The translations under genes and the position numbers were made by a program. The notes beneath the pieces are model-generated. The model was given only the letters and a program-made list of their open reading frames with translations. It made no database searches and had not been told where the DNA came from. From positions 123,504,001 to 123,568,000 of the forward strand of contig NC_042998.1 of assembly GCF_006345805.1 (NCBI RefSeq): DNA of 64,000 bases, given 5' to 3'. Source of the DNA: Octopus sinensis. Taxonomy: Eukaryota. This document shows, piece by piece, positions 39,965 to 52,298 of this stretch. Numbering within the stretch: the first letter of the stretch is position 1; every line of letters begins with the position of its first letter.

Positions 39965-40022
39965 CTGTCTATCTGTCTATCTAACTAATTAATTATAAAA
40001 ATGTTTGTGCGTGTGTAGATAG

Positions 40023-40053
<31 letters not shown>

Positions 40054-40068
40054 GATAGATTGATAGAG
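39921..40068. repeat. (TATC)n and (GATA)n arrays facing each other
   Basis: 39921-39982 and 40016-40068 are complementary tetranucleotide arrays. Confidence 0.9.
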
Positions 40069-40575
40069 AGACAGATGCTAGACAGAACTATGTCTCCCTA
40101 TCCATCTCTTTGTTAATATACCTTCTCCCTTTATACACACACACATACACACACACACACACATATATATAAGACATGTTATGAATAATGGTCATTACAT
40201 TTTCCTATATTAGAGCAAATTTGACTTACAGCTGTTTCGAGTAGTCATTATATACATATACATATATCAATCATCAAAGAGTGTAAGGAATACAAAAGGT
40301 AAATAAAGGCTACATAATCTTCTAAACTAAACTTAAACGGGTCATACGTAGCCCATAAAATAAAACCGTCGTTTCTCTTTTCCTTACATCTGATTACCAG
40401 CGGTTGCTTGCACCGTTGCAAGGGGAAGAGTATTACATATACCGCGTATTACCCGCTTCTTATCATCTATGGACGCTATGTATATGATGAGACTCACTAA
40501 CTTCCTGCACCGAGATCCTTGAGGAACTTACGCCTGTATCAATATATGTATATGTGTGTATCTCTGTATGTGTGT

Positions 40576-40627
<52 letters not shown>

Positions 40628-41080
40628 CAATTTAATACACATTACGAAAGAGCTCCCAATTGGAAGATTTAGACACACTTTGTGCGTTAGATTTATTTAA
40701 AAACCCAGAACACTGGACTGTGAGTAATTAGGAAAAAAGTTGTTGGCTTTGTTTATAATTTCAGTTTCTGTGAATAATACCTATCTGTGTATGCGTAATG
40801 TCAGTTTATGTGTAATTATATGAGATTAACACCGCAAATTGTTGTTTTCTTCTGCACACTAACACATACACACACACATACGTATTTATATAGGTATGTA
40901 TGCTTTTGGGTATACATGATACCTTTGTTTCATCTAGCCACATGGTTGTTCTTCTAAAAAATATAGCAGTTAACCAAGACATTAGTTTTTCGAGCAGCTG
41001 CTTCGTCTAGCATTGTTTATTATACATTCCAATTTATAATCGTCCTTGTTAGACATTTAACAAATATATAACTTTTATTG

Positions 41081-41358
<278 letters not shown>

Positions 41359-41877
41359 AAAAAGTAAATTAATAATAGCAATGATATTTTTTTTATTTGA
41401 CACAAGTGTTGGATGTAATGAACATTACAAGAACGGGTTACATAATTGTCTAATCAAATAAATGACTATTGAGACGCACATAATGTACAAATAAATGGCG
41501 ATACTTTCTTTTTGATTTAAGTGAATCTCCCTATGACCAACCAAGGAAGTATACAGAACGAAAAATAACCTTGTCCACAATCCAGGTAAGTAAAATAACC
41601 TCTTCAAATTTTAATTCTGGCGCGTTAAACTTTCGGTTATCTTACAATATACCTGTGCAGTAACAGAGCTGACTTAGTTACCTTTCTAGATATTTTAAAA
41701 TATTTTGTAATGTTAAAAGTGAACAGGAGTTTGTTAATGTGAAGCACATAAGCAATTTATGAATGTCACCAATACATAAACATTTACCTGGAGATTGTTA
41801 ATAACAAGAAAATATACTATTCTTTGAAAAGTTGTATGTTATATTGTGACTACTATAACACATGACGTTACTTGTAA

Positions 41878-42080
41878 TATTGGTTTAAAATTTTGGCATA
41901 CTGGCAGCAATTTAGGGGCAGGGCGTAAATGCCGGTGCTCATCTGGCATTTATTTTATCGTGTCCGAAAAGGTGGAAGGCAAAGTCAACCTCGGAGGAAT
42001 TTGAACTTAAAAGGTAAAGAGAGTGAAATGTTTCTAAGCAGTTAGCCCGGCGTGCTAACGATCCTGCAAACTCGCCACCC
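41878..42080 (-). mobile_element. Old SINE family A copy
   Basis: GGAAGGCAAAGTCAACCTCGGAGGAATTTGAACT...GCCCGGCGTGCTAACGATCCTGCAAACTCGCC. Confidence 0.8.
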
Positions 42081-42153
42081 TACACAGTACTTGTAATGTT
42101 GCAATATGCTATATTGTATAATTGTAATATCACAAAAGCAAAATGTGTATAAA

Positions 42154-42154
<1 letters not shown>

Positions 42155-42186
<32 letters not shown>

Positions 42187-42286
42187 CACACACACACATA
42201 CATACACACATTGTATATAGATATATATATATAGCGAGAGAGAGAGATAGATAGATAGATAGACAGATAGACAGACATACAGACAG

Positions 42287-42369
<83 letters not shown>

Positions 42370-42372
42370 TGG

Positions 42373-42461
<89 letters not shown>
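42155..42461. repeat. Compound (CA)/(TA)/(GA)/(GATA) microsatellite
   Basis: Direct reading. Confidence 0.95.
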
Positions 42462-42462
<1 letters not shown>

Positions 42463-43181
42463 TGTGTGCATGCATGTGTGTATATATGTATCCCTTTTGA
42501 TTCACCGAGAAACGATAAATTACAGAACTATATGCATAAGTATAAATTATTCTGATTCCTTATAAGTAAAAAGAAAAAAAATTGTCTGCGAACTCTGAAT
42601 TCAGGCGTTTGTGATCATTTTCCGTTTTTTTTTCTTAAAATATCAGTTGATTGAATATATTATATAAATGTTCCAAAAATGCAAAAACCGATGTTTCAAG
42701 CTCATGTCTTCCATTTACGTTTCATCTCTGGTTCTCATAGTAATACTCTAATAACTTTCCTTACGAAATTAATTCATAGTTTAAGTAGTAATTTATAGTT
42801 TTAATTTAGCAAAACTTTATTTGTACAAATGCATATGTGTATTATTATGTGTTTCTCGCAAAACTGAAATCAATTTGGTATTATTTATTATTTATTGCAT
42901 TTTGTTACGTTACCTTATAGGATTTACATATGCATTTGTACAAATGTGGCTAAACTAAAACTATATGGGGCATAGATAACAACAATTTTTTTCCAGTACT
43001 CTATTTTGATATGTAATTACTCTCCCAAAAATGTATGCCTGTATTTCCAACGCTCATATAAAATATAAAAATATAACATTCATAAATATAGTTTAGGATA
43101 CTGGAGTATGCAGATGTACTTCAAAGGGACACAGTTTGTACTATAACTTAACTTTATACACATTCTCGCTTTCCCTCTCCC

Positions 43182-44521
<1,340 letters not shown>

Positions 44522-44568
44522 TATATATATATATATTATATATGTGTGTGTGTGTGTGTGTGTGTGCG

Positions 44569-44605
<37 letters not shown>

Positions 44606-45496
44606 GCACATATCCTTAGTCTGGACATTACAAATGATTCGTTTGGATTAGTTTTAAATAAATGTAAAATTTAAGTAGCTGTTTTGAAATTTGTCCACTT
44701 GTTTTCATATATATTTGATATTACTGTGTACAAGTCCACTTCCACCAGAATGTAGGAGTAGAGTGAAGACGTACGTTTCTGCTAACTTTAATTTACTTGC
44801 AACACATGCTTTTGAGTATTCCAATTGTATTTTACTTAAGATTTGTTTGTTTTAAATATTTTTAAAGTATTCATATGTTTTAGACGAAAACAGTAGTTGA
44901 AATACTTTCTATAATTATGCATATTCACCAGTTACAGGTTTATATTAAATTGTTCTCAACGCATAGATATTAATGCTTTATCGTTAAATGATATTCTATT
45001 CAGTTAGTTTGAATTTCATTTGTTTAATTCATGCTAGTTATTTGTTATGATTTAAAAGTTTATGTCATTTCTGTATTATTTTAACATATATCATTTCTGA
45101 TTTTTCTTTTGATTTGTAGTTAATTCCATGAGTTTATTTTCAATAATTTCATTTATATTTAATAGATCTTGATTTATGTAAGTCTACTCGGATGTCACAT
45201 GTTTTCGAGACGTTTGAAACCTGATGGTTAACCAGCATATTGTTCCGCTGGTTTGTATCTAATCCGCTGTTGGGGTCTTTTGTTTGTTTGTAATGTGCTA
45301 CAGAATATGAAGCAGCATACTTATTGATATGAGTTCATAAACTAATTTACATATTTGAAGTTGAGTTTGCTAGTTCTATATTGTTCTAAACTTTTCAGAT
45401 AGCAACGTCCGATTTGAATTCTTTTAATTTGAATGCTTTGTAGCTATATATTTGATACAATTTTGTTTGTACTCAGTTTTTCCATTCTCAATAATA

Positions 45497-45612
45497 CGCA
45501 GGTACAAACGTGGCTGTGGTACGAAGCTTGCTTCCCAACCACATGGTTCCGGGTTCAGTCCCACTGCGTGGCAACTTGGACAAGTGTCTTCTACTATAGC
45601 CTCGGTCAGACC
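45497..45612 (+). mobile_element. 5' part of SINE B
   Basis: CGTGGCTGTGGTACGAAGCTTGCTTCCCAACCACATGGTTCCGGGTTCAGTCCCACTGCG...TATAGCCTCGG; ends abruptly. Confidence 0.85.
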
Positions 45613-45860
45613 GATGTTCAAAGGACCCCAACTTTTTAATACCCTACCACGGAACATAAGTCTTCAAAAAACCTCTTGACAGTTGAATCTGTAATAGCGG
45701 AGAAACAGAAGAGGCACAAAGAAGGGCTGGCAGGATTAACCCACAGGAGGCACAAACAAGAGCGGCAACGTCCAACTCGCTACTGCCATCCCTTCTTCCT
45801 GCAATCCTACTGAGTACTCTTATATCTGGCATGCTTCCGTTAATTGACGCGTGCCAAATA
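45613..45860 (+). mobile_element. CR1-clade LINE extreme 3' fragment
   Basis: FKGPQLFNTLPRNI...RAATSNSLL parallels LRFKGPQI*NAL of the CR1 at 46452-47390. Confidence 0.6.
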
Positions 45861-45879
45861 TCTATATATATATATATAT

Positions 45880-45920
<41 letters not shown>

Positions 45921-45921
<1 letters not shown>

Positions 45922-46079
45922 ATAAGAAACGTACTTCCTAACCACATGGTTCCTGGGTCAGTCTCACTGCGTAGCACTCTGGGTAAGTATTTTCTAATTT
46001 AGCCTCGGGCCGACCAAAGCTTTGTGAGTAGATCTGGTAGAGAGAAACTGAAAGAAGCGTGTCGTATATATATATATAT

Positions 46080-46141
<62 letters not shown>

Positions 46142-46159
46142 GTGTATATATATATGTAT

Positions 46160-46197
<38 letters not shown>

Positions 46198-46206
46198 GTA
46201 TGTATG

Positions 46207-46249
<43 letters not shown>

Positions 46250-46445
46250 GCATATGTGTGTGTCTGTCTGTGTTTACCACTCACCCATTGCGTAATGTTG
46301 GTATGTTTACGTCCCTGTCAATTAGCAAAAGAGACCGACAGAATAAGTTCTAGGCTTACAAAGAATAAGTTGATTTGTTCGACTAAAGGTGGTGTTCCAG
46401 CGTGGCATCAGCCAAATGACTGAAACAAGTAAAAGAATAAAAGAA
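45921..46445 (+). mobile_element. SINE family B with expanded internal (TA)n/(TG)n
   Basis: Head and tail match family B; the internal microsatellite spans about 46064-46265. Confidence 0.88.
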
Positions 46446-46451
46446 AGAATC

Positions 46452-47390
46452 CCTGATGTCGGCCATTGGTTCATCCGATATTATAGGGAGGAGAGTGTTT
46501 AGTTCCTTTTCAAGACATGTACATCCACATCATGGAGATTTAATTTTTTTGACAGGGCATTCTAGATCTGTGGGCCTTTGAACCGTAGGCTATAGCAGTA
46601 CCTGGTCCTGAATTTAGATGAAGTGGATGGTACTTTTGGTGCAATGCAATGGCGTCCGGTTCTGACATTTGTATAACAGTCAATGATTAAATTAGATAGT
46701 AGCCCTTGTAGAGTTTTCATATGCAGATTATTATATATCTGTTGCGCCTTCGTTCCAGGGAGTAAGGATGCAGTTTTTTCAGCCTGTCTCTGACGTTCAT
46801 CCGCTGCACTGTTTCAATCTTTTTAGCATTGTGGTGTTGGACTACTTCAAGCTCTGCTGCTAGTTTGGCACTATGTGGTGATCATAACTGGGAGCAGTAG
46901 TCCAAGCGCCAGAGAACAAAGGTTCTCCATAGAGTCAATATAGTTGCTTGGTCTGTCGCCTTGAAGAACTTCAGCTTCCATCCTGCAAATTGTCTGCACT
47001 TTGATCCCATCTTGGCAATGTGCATATGAAATGCTGCATCATTTCACATACTCATCTCCAGGTCTTTCACTGCCTGTGACTCTGGGATTGCAGTGCGATC
47101 GAGTCCTGTATATACAGGCTGCAGTGCATTCGTGAGTTGAGAGTGTAGTGCTTAACATTTTCAGGTATTAAATTACATGTTGTTTACTTCGGCCCACTTG
47201 TATATTGCATTTAGGTATCGCTGTGAGCTTGCGACCTCATCGTGACTTTTTCTTGCCTGTGACAATTTTGTCATCGGCACAGCTGGTGATAGTAGCTGTC
47301 CGAGTGACCGATGAACAGTAATGACCCCAGAACAGTTCCCTGGGGGATGCTAGTTAGGACTTGAATTTCCTCAGAAGGGCACCATTGGCT
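46452..47390 (-). mobile_element. 5'-truncated CR1-clade LINE (RT domains 4-7 and C-terminus)
   Basis: IPQGTVLGSLLF...CADD...IYKWAEVNNM*FN...VKDL...RLDYCSQL*SP...RLKKLHPYSLERRRNRY. Confidence 0.88.
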
Positions 47391-47395
47391 GCATG

Positions 47396-47430
<35 letters not shown>

Positions 47431-47615
47431 ACACACGCATATATACATTTACTGACGATGAGCTTCTTTGAGTTTCCGTCTTCCAATCCACTCACATGGC
47501 TTTAGTCGCCCAGGAGTTAAACTAGAAAACATTTGCCCTGAGTTCCACAGTGGGACTGAACCCGAACCACGTATATAGGAAACATGTTTCTTTTTACACA
47601 GCCACACCTGCACCT
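47391..47615 (-). mobile_element. 5' half of SINE B, ending in its internal microsatellite
   Basis: Minus strand: GGTGTGGCTGTGT...GGGTTCAGTCCCACTGTGG...AAAGCCATGTGAGTGGATTGGAAGACGGAAACTCAAAGAAG. Confidence 0.85.
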
Positions 47616-48212
47616 AAGTACAAAGTTCTTGAACTCTTCCTTATTTTCGCTTGATATTTGTAGTCCTACAGGATATATCTTAAAAGAAGTGTTTGCGTGA
47701 TAAAAGGAAATCACAGTATTTCTAGTCATAAATATTTTGACTGGCAGGATTTTGTGTAATATATTTTATATTACAATCATTATTTATCTAGTTTTCTTCC
47801 AAAGTCTTGTAAACTCAATTATTTTTTTTGTTATGTGTATAATTATTATGTATTAATGGAAAATTATTGACGTATATATCTTTACTTTCGGCTTCTACCT
47901 TTGTTTTAAATATTAATCTAACTTATCTGTGCTCTTTCTTTCATTTGTATGGGTTGGAGCCTCTATTCTTTATTAATTCATAACTCTTAGTACGACAAGG
48001 TTTGATCTAATTATCTCATACGTGACTTTTAGCTAACATAATAATAGTAGTTTTTATTCATTTATTTTCGTTTTTTCAATTTTGCTGTGGTTTTTTTAAA
48101 GCTGATTTTTATAACATTTACTCAGATGAATTCGTGTACTCTGTTATAGCGTTTCCAGTCCTTAGTTACCCTGGCGTATATGTATTTGTGTGTGTGTGTG
48201 TGTGCGTGCGTG

Positions 48213-48276
<64 letters not shown>

Positions 48277-49019
48277 GTATATATAAAACTGAAAAAAAGG
48301 AACTCACACATTTTCTAATGTAATAGTAATATTAATAATAATAATATAATAATAATAATAATAAAGCGCATTTCTAATATGTCACGTTTTATTATTACTT
48401 GCTAAATTGTTTGGTACTGATGTAGTACTTTTCACGCCCCACCTTATTGATTATGGTAGCTAATACTAAATATTTCTACCAGCTGGAAAGACCGTCAAAC
48501 TTCAACCAGTAATCAGTGTATACATTGTTCCAACAGTTTATCTCTCACACTGCAATTTTCAGTTATGGCTTTGTTGCTAAATACTCATTTTTTACATGTG
48601 AGGCTTTATACCATTCTGTCTTGGATTTTGTTACACATGAGCATTTATTATCTGCAATATTATTGCAGTTAAGGCATTGTGCGGGAAGGTCATAATTCAG
48701 TCATTTTGACGATTTGATATCTTCGTAGTCATTTGGTTGTATATACTTTTGTTAACAGTGAGTGTTTCAGCTTATTTTTTTTTTAAATCTTTCTTTGTGA
48801 TCATGTGTTTAGAAGGCTAATGTGGCTGCTTGTTAAATATAGTAACCTCAAGTTTATTTATTCACGGCTTGTATTTTCTCGGTTTTTCGTAATTCGTATA
48901 ACCTGAGATAGATTTGTACCACTCACTGCATATGTTTTTTGCACATTTAAAATGTTCCCCCTTGGCTACTAACACCCTTCCGTAATATCTTTACACTTGC
49001 CTTGTATCAATTTCTATTT

Positions 49020-49082
49020 CTAGTGTATGGTAACTCTAGTGTATGGTAACTCTAGTGTATGGTAACGCTAGTGTATGGTAAC
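49020..49082. repeat. 16-bp minisatellite CTAGTGTATGGTAACT, about 4 copies
   Basis: Direct reading; the third copy ends in G and the fourth lacks its last base. Confidence 0.95.
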
Positions 49083-49149
49083 AAATTACTTCTGTATTTC
49101 ATAGTTCTATTATTTTCTCGTTTCTTTTCTGACTTTCTTCATCTACGTC

Positions 49150-49480
49150 ATCGTTTAATAACTTTTTTACTCAGGTTTATTGGAACTCTAGGAGTCTTGT
49201 ATGCGAAGTGGACTTGTTACCTACAGAGTACGATACCATGCTATCTGTTCTTTACAATTATCTAATACTTTCCATATGATTCTGGTCGTGCCAAGGAGGC
49301 AAACTCTTTGTAACAGCTGTACTAGCGACACTCTTCCGATTTCATTTATATTTCACTTGATACCTTTTGATACTGTACCAAAGGATTCCACAATAATTGG
49401 CACTATCTTCCCCATTTTACTTTTCCGCAGTCAAGCTATCTCGTATTTAAAAGGATTGTACCCGTCTATTTTTAGCCTTT
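49150..49480 (-). mobile_element. Old Dong-clade 3' fragment
   Basis: KIVPIIVESFGTVSKG...LLQRVCLLGTTRIIWKVLD. Confidence 0.65.
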
Positions 49481-49624
49481 CTTCCTGGTGGTTGTGGTGG
49501 TCGTGATGGTATTGTTCGCGAGGAAGAAGAAATTCCTTCTATCAAAGTTTTGGCAGTAAAGAGAAAGATAGATGAAGCTCTTTCATATTTTGAAGAGTTC
49601 TTAAAGATTACAGAAAAAAAAACA

Positions 49625-49910
49625 TGACTCAAAATTGAAAATATTGGTAAATATCAAAATGTAACCGGCGAGATGAAAGACATTTGAAGAATAAGTTGGA
49701 AATTATTCGAGTGATATTTGGTGCATTGACACAACTCCAAAACCGTAACCAAAGAAACCGGAATTGACTGGAATTGATACTTGCGGTTTGGTACACAGAA
49801 AGTACAATGCTGCATTCTTTAATAATACCAAAAAGATTCTTGAGATCTGAGGAAACTTGTTATCAAATGTCAAGACAGCATCCATACTAACTAATATAGT
49901 ATGTAATAGC
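49625..49910 (+). mobile_element. Old Dong-clade 3' fragment followed by an AAC/GAA/ACT/AAT array (to about 50100)
   Basis: KIENIGKYQNV...IIRVIFGAL...KILEI*, then GAGGAAACTTGTTATC and a repeat tail. Confidence 0.55.
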
Positions 49911-50100
49911 CATGGCAAAACGACAGCAGCAAAGAACATCAACATCAACAACATCAACAAGAACAAAAAGAACAACAACAACAGCAAAGAACAACATCAA
50001 AATAAACAACATCAAGAAGAAGAAGAAGTTCAACAACAACAACAACAACAAGAACACTACTACTACTACTACTGCTAATAATAATAATAATAATAATAAT

Positions 50101-50665
50101 TCTTTCTACTCAAGGCACGTGGCATGAAATTTTGGGGGAGTGGGACTAGTCAATTAAAACGACCCCAGTGTTTCATTAGTACTGGTACTTAATTCATCGA
50201 CCTCGAAACGAAGAAAGGAAAAGTCGACCACGGCAGAATTTGGTCTCAGAACGTAGCAACTTACAAAATACCGCTGAGCATTTCTCTCGGCGTGCTAACG
50301 ATTCTGCCAGCTCGCCTTATCACAAAAATAATAATAATCCTTTCTACTATAGGCCCAAGGTCTGGATTTTGTGGGGAGAGGAACGGTCGATCACAACGAA
50401 CCCAGTACGCAACGATTCTTCTGGCTCGCCGCCTTAATATAATAATAATGGTTTCATATTTCGCCACAAAAAGCGGCAATTTTGGGGGAGGGGATGAGTC
50501 GATTAAATCGACCCCAGTCTTTAACTGGTAGTTATTTTATCGATCAGGAAAAGATGAAAGGTGAAGACAACCGCAGCTGAATTTGAACTCAAAACGTATT
50601 GACGCGCGAAATAACGCTAAGCATTTCGACAAGCGTGCTAAAGATTCGGTCAGCTCGCTGCCCTA
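50101..50665 (-). mobile_element. Tandem trio of SINE A copies (50101-50320 full, 50338-50440 internally deleted, 50450-50665 full)
   Basis: Each begins on the plus strand with the reverse-complemented tail and ends with reverse-complemented head CAGCTCGCC or similar; separated by short AAT runs. Confidence 0.82.
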
Positions 50666-50730
50666 ACAACAACTACCACAATAACAGCAACAACAACAAC
50701 AGCAACGACAAAAATAACAACAACAACAAC

Positions 50731-50780
<50 letters not shown>

Positions 50781-50782
<2 letters not shown>

Positions 50783-51360
50783 TCGCAGAAATTGAGCAAC
50801 CATCTGGAAGAAAATAACCTGTTTCCAGAAAAGAAGAGACGCTGCAAGGACTCATACGGATGTAAAGATCAACTAATGATCAATAAAGCCATAACTGAAG
50901 GCAGCCACAGAATCAAGAAGGGTCTAAGTATGGCCTGGATCGATTACCGAAATGCCTTTGATAGTATTCCCCACACATGGATTCTAGAAATACAAGCCAT
51001 GAACAAAGTAGCACCAATAATCATAAAATATGTAACACATTCCGCGAATAAATGGCAGACAGTGCTACAGGTCCAAGCAAAAAAGGGATTCATAAAAACC
51101 AAAGCCATCCTCAGTAGATGAATATTCCAGGGAAACGCGCTCTCCACTCCTTTTCTGCTTGGCACTGACATCTTTATCTGACATGCTGAACAGAACAGGA
51201 TGTGGATACAACTGTTACAGCAAAACAATCAGCCACCTATTATATGTGGATGACGTAAAACTGTACGCTACAAATGATAAACAACTGGAAACATTACTAC
51301 AGTTAGTACATATATTTACCAAAGAAATAAATATAAAATTTGGCTTAGAAAACAAGAAAA
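50781..51360 (+). mobile_element. Dong-clade RT fragment (same subfamily as 27845)
   Basis: ORFs 50792-51121 and 51159-51368: HLEENNLFPEK...GCKDQLMINKAI...MAWIDYRNAFDSIPHTWI...HLLYVDDVKLY. Confidence 0.92.
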
Positions 51361-51971
51361 CACCATGATACACTTAAAATTCTATCTTCCGTATCAACAC
51401 ACAATCCAAAAAACATGGAAGTATACACCATCATCCACCAAAACATACCCCTCCTTATGAAGGACCCACGAATAAAAAAGGTACTAGAAACACGTAGGAT
51501 TATTAAAAGCAAGAGACAACCGCAATCCCGAAAAAATTATTCACCAGCGCCAAATTACCCACCAAAATTATAACCCCTCAAGTCAAAAAGTGCAATCGCC
51601 CTAACTGCGGAACTTGCATCTTCCTCTTAGAGGGCTCAACATACAAATCTAAGTCAGGTCAAGATTTTACCATAAAATATGATTTCACCTGTGCTTCGAA
51701 GAACTTAATCTATGGACTTAGATATGGCGGTTGGGGTGGTGACTACATTGGTCAAACTAGCTTAACTTTGAAGGATAGACTTACGATGGCACAGGCAAAG
51801 AATCCGGGACCCCACCACTAGGAAAATTCCCGGAAGCAAGCACCTAGACATAGACCCTAAATACCAAATATTTCCTCTCTATCAATGCGCTGGAAACACT
51901 TCAACCGAATTCCGTTTAAATAAGGAAAACATACTGATTAAAAATTATAAACTACAGCTGAATATCTTTTA
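51361..51971 (+). mobile_element. Penelope-like element 3' ORF fragment (Cys-rich linker and GIY-YIG endonuclease)
   Basis: KCNRPNCGTCIFL...FTCASKNLIYGL...YIGQTSLTLKDRL...RIRDP...KENILIK, across frameshifts. This is the GIY-YIG layout of PLEs; the CxxxxCxxC linker suggests a Neptune-like group. Confidence 0.85.
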
Positions 51972-52129
51972 GAAAGAAGAAAAAGCAGTAAAATAAAAAT
52001 AACATTCAATTTCAACGCAAAAAACAATCAGGAACAACAAAATATTTTAAAAATAAACTTTAGTAACAATCTTCCACCCAAGGTTGAAACCGCAACTCCA
52101 AATCACCATACAAACACCAGTTGCCGATG

Positions 52130-52298
52130 TTTATTTACATATATACCAAACTAGTTTCACCTGTTTTGAATATGTTAATTTATCAATATTGAAACATTTT
52201 AATTTGTCAACTTTTAAAGATGTTTTTCTAATTTTAAACTTTTACCATTGATAAACCAAAACTATTATTGAAACTAGTTTGGTATATATGTAAATAAA
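52130..52298. repeat. Perfect 30-bp inverted repeat with a relic hammerhead, downstream of the PLE ORF
   Basis: TTTATTTACATATATACCAAACTAGTTTCA (52130-52159) versus its reverse complement at 52269-52298. Relic motif ACCA TTGATAA ... GAAAC TA GTT TGGT at 52244-52283. Confidence 0.8.

Noticed and set aside
39285-40540. Two small GC-richer islands (about 39285-39560 and 40370-40540) as exons
   Set aside because: Short open frames only and no recognisable product; they may be old repeat fragments.
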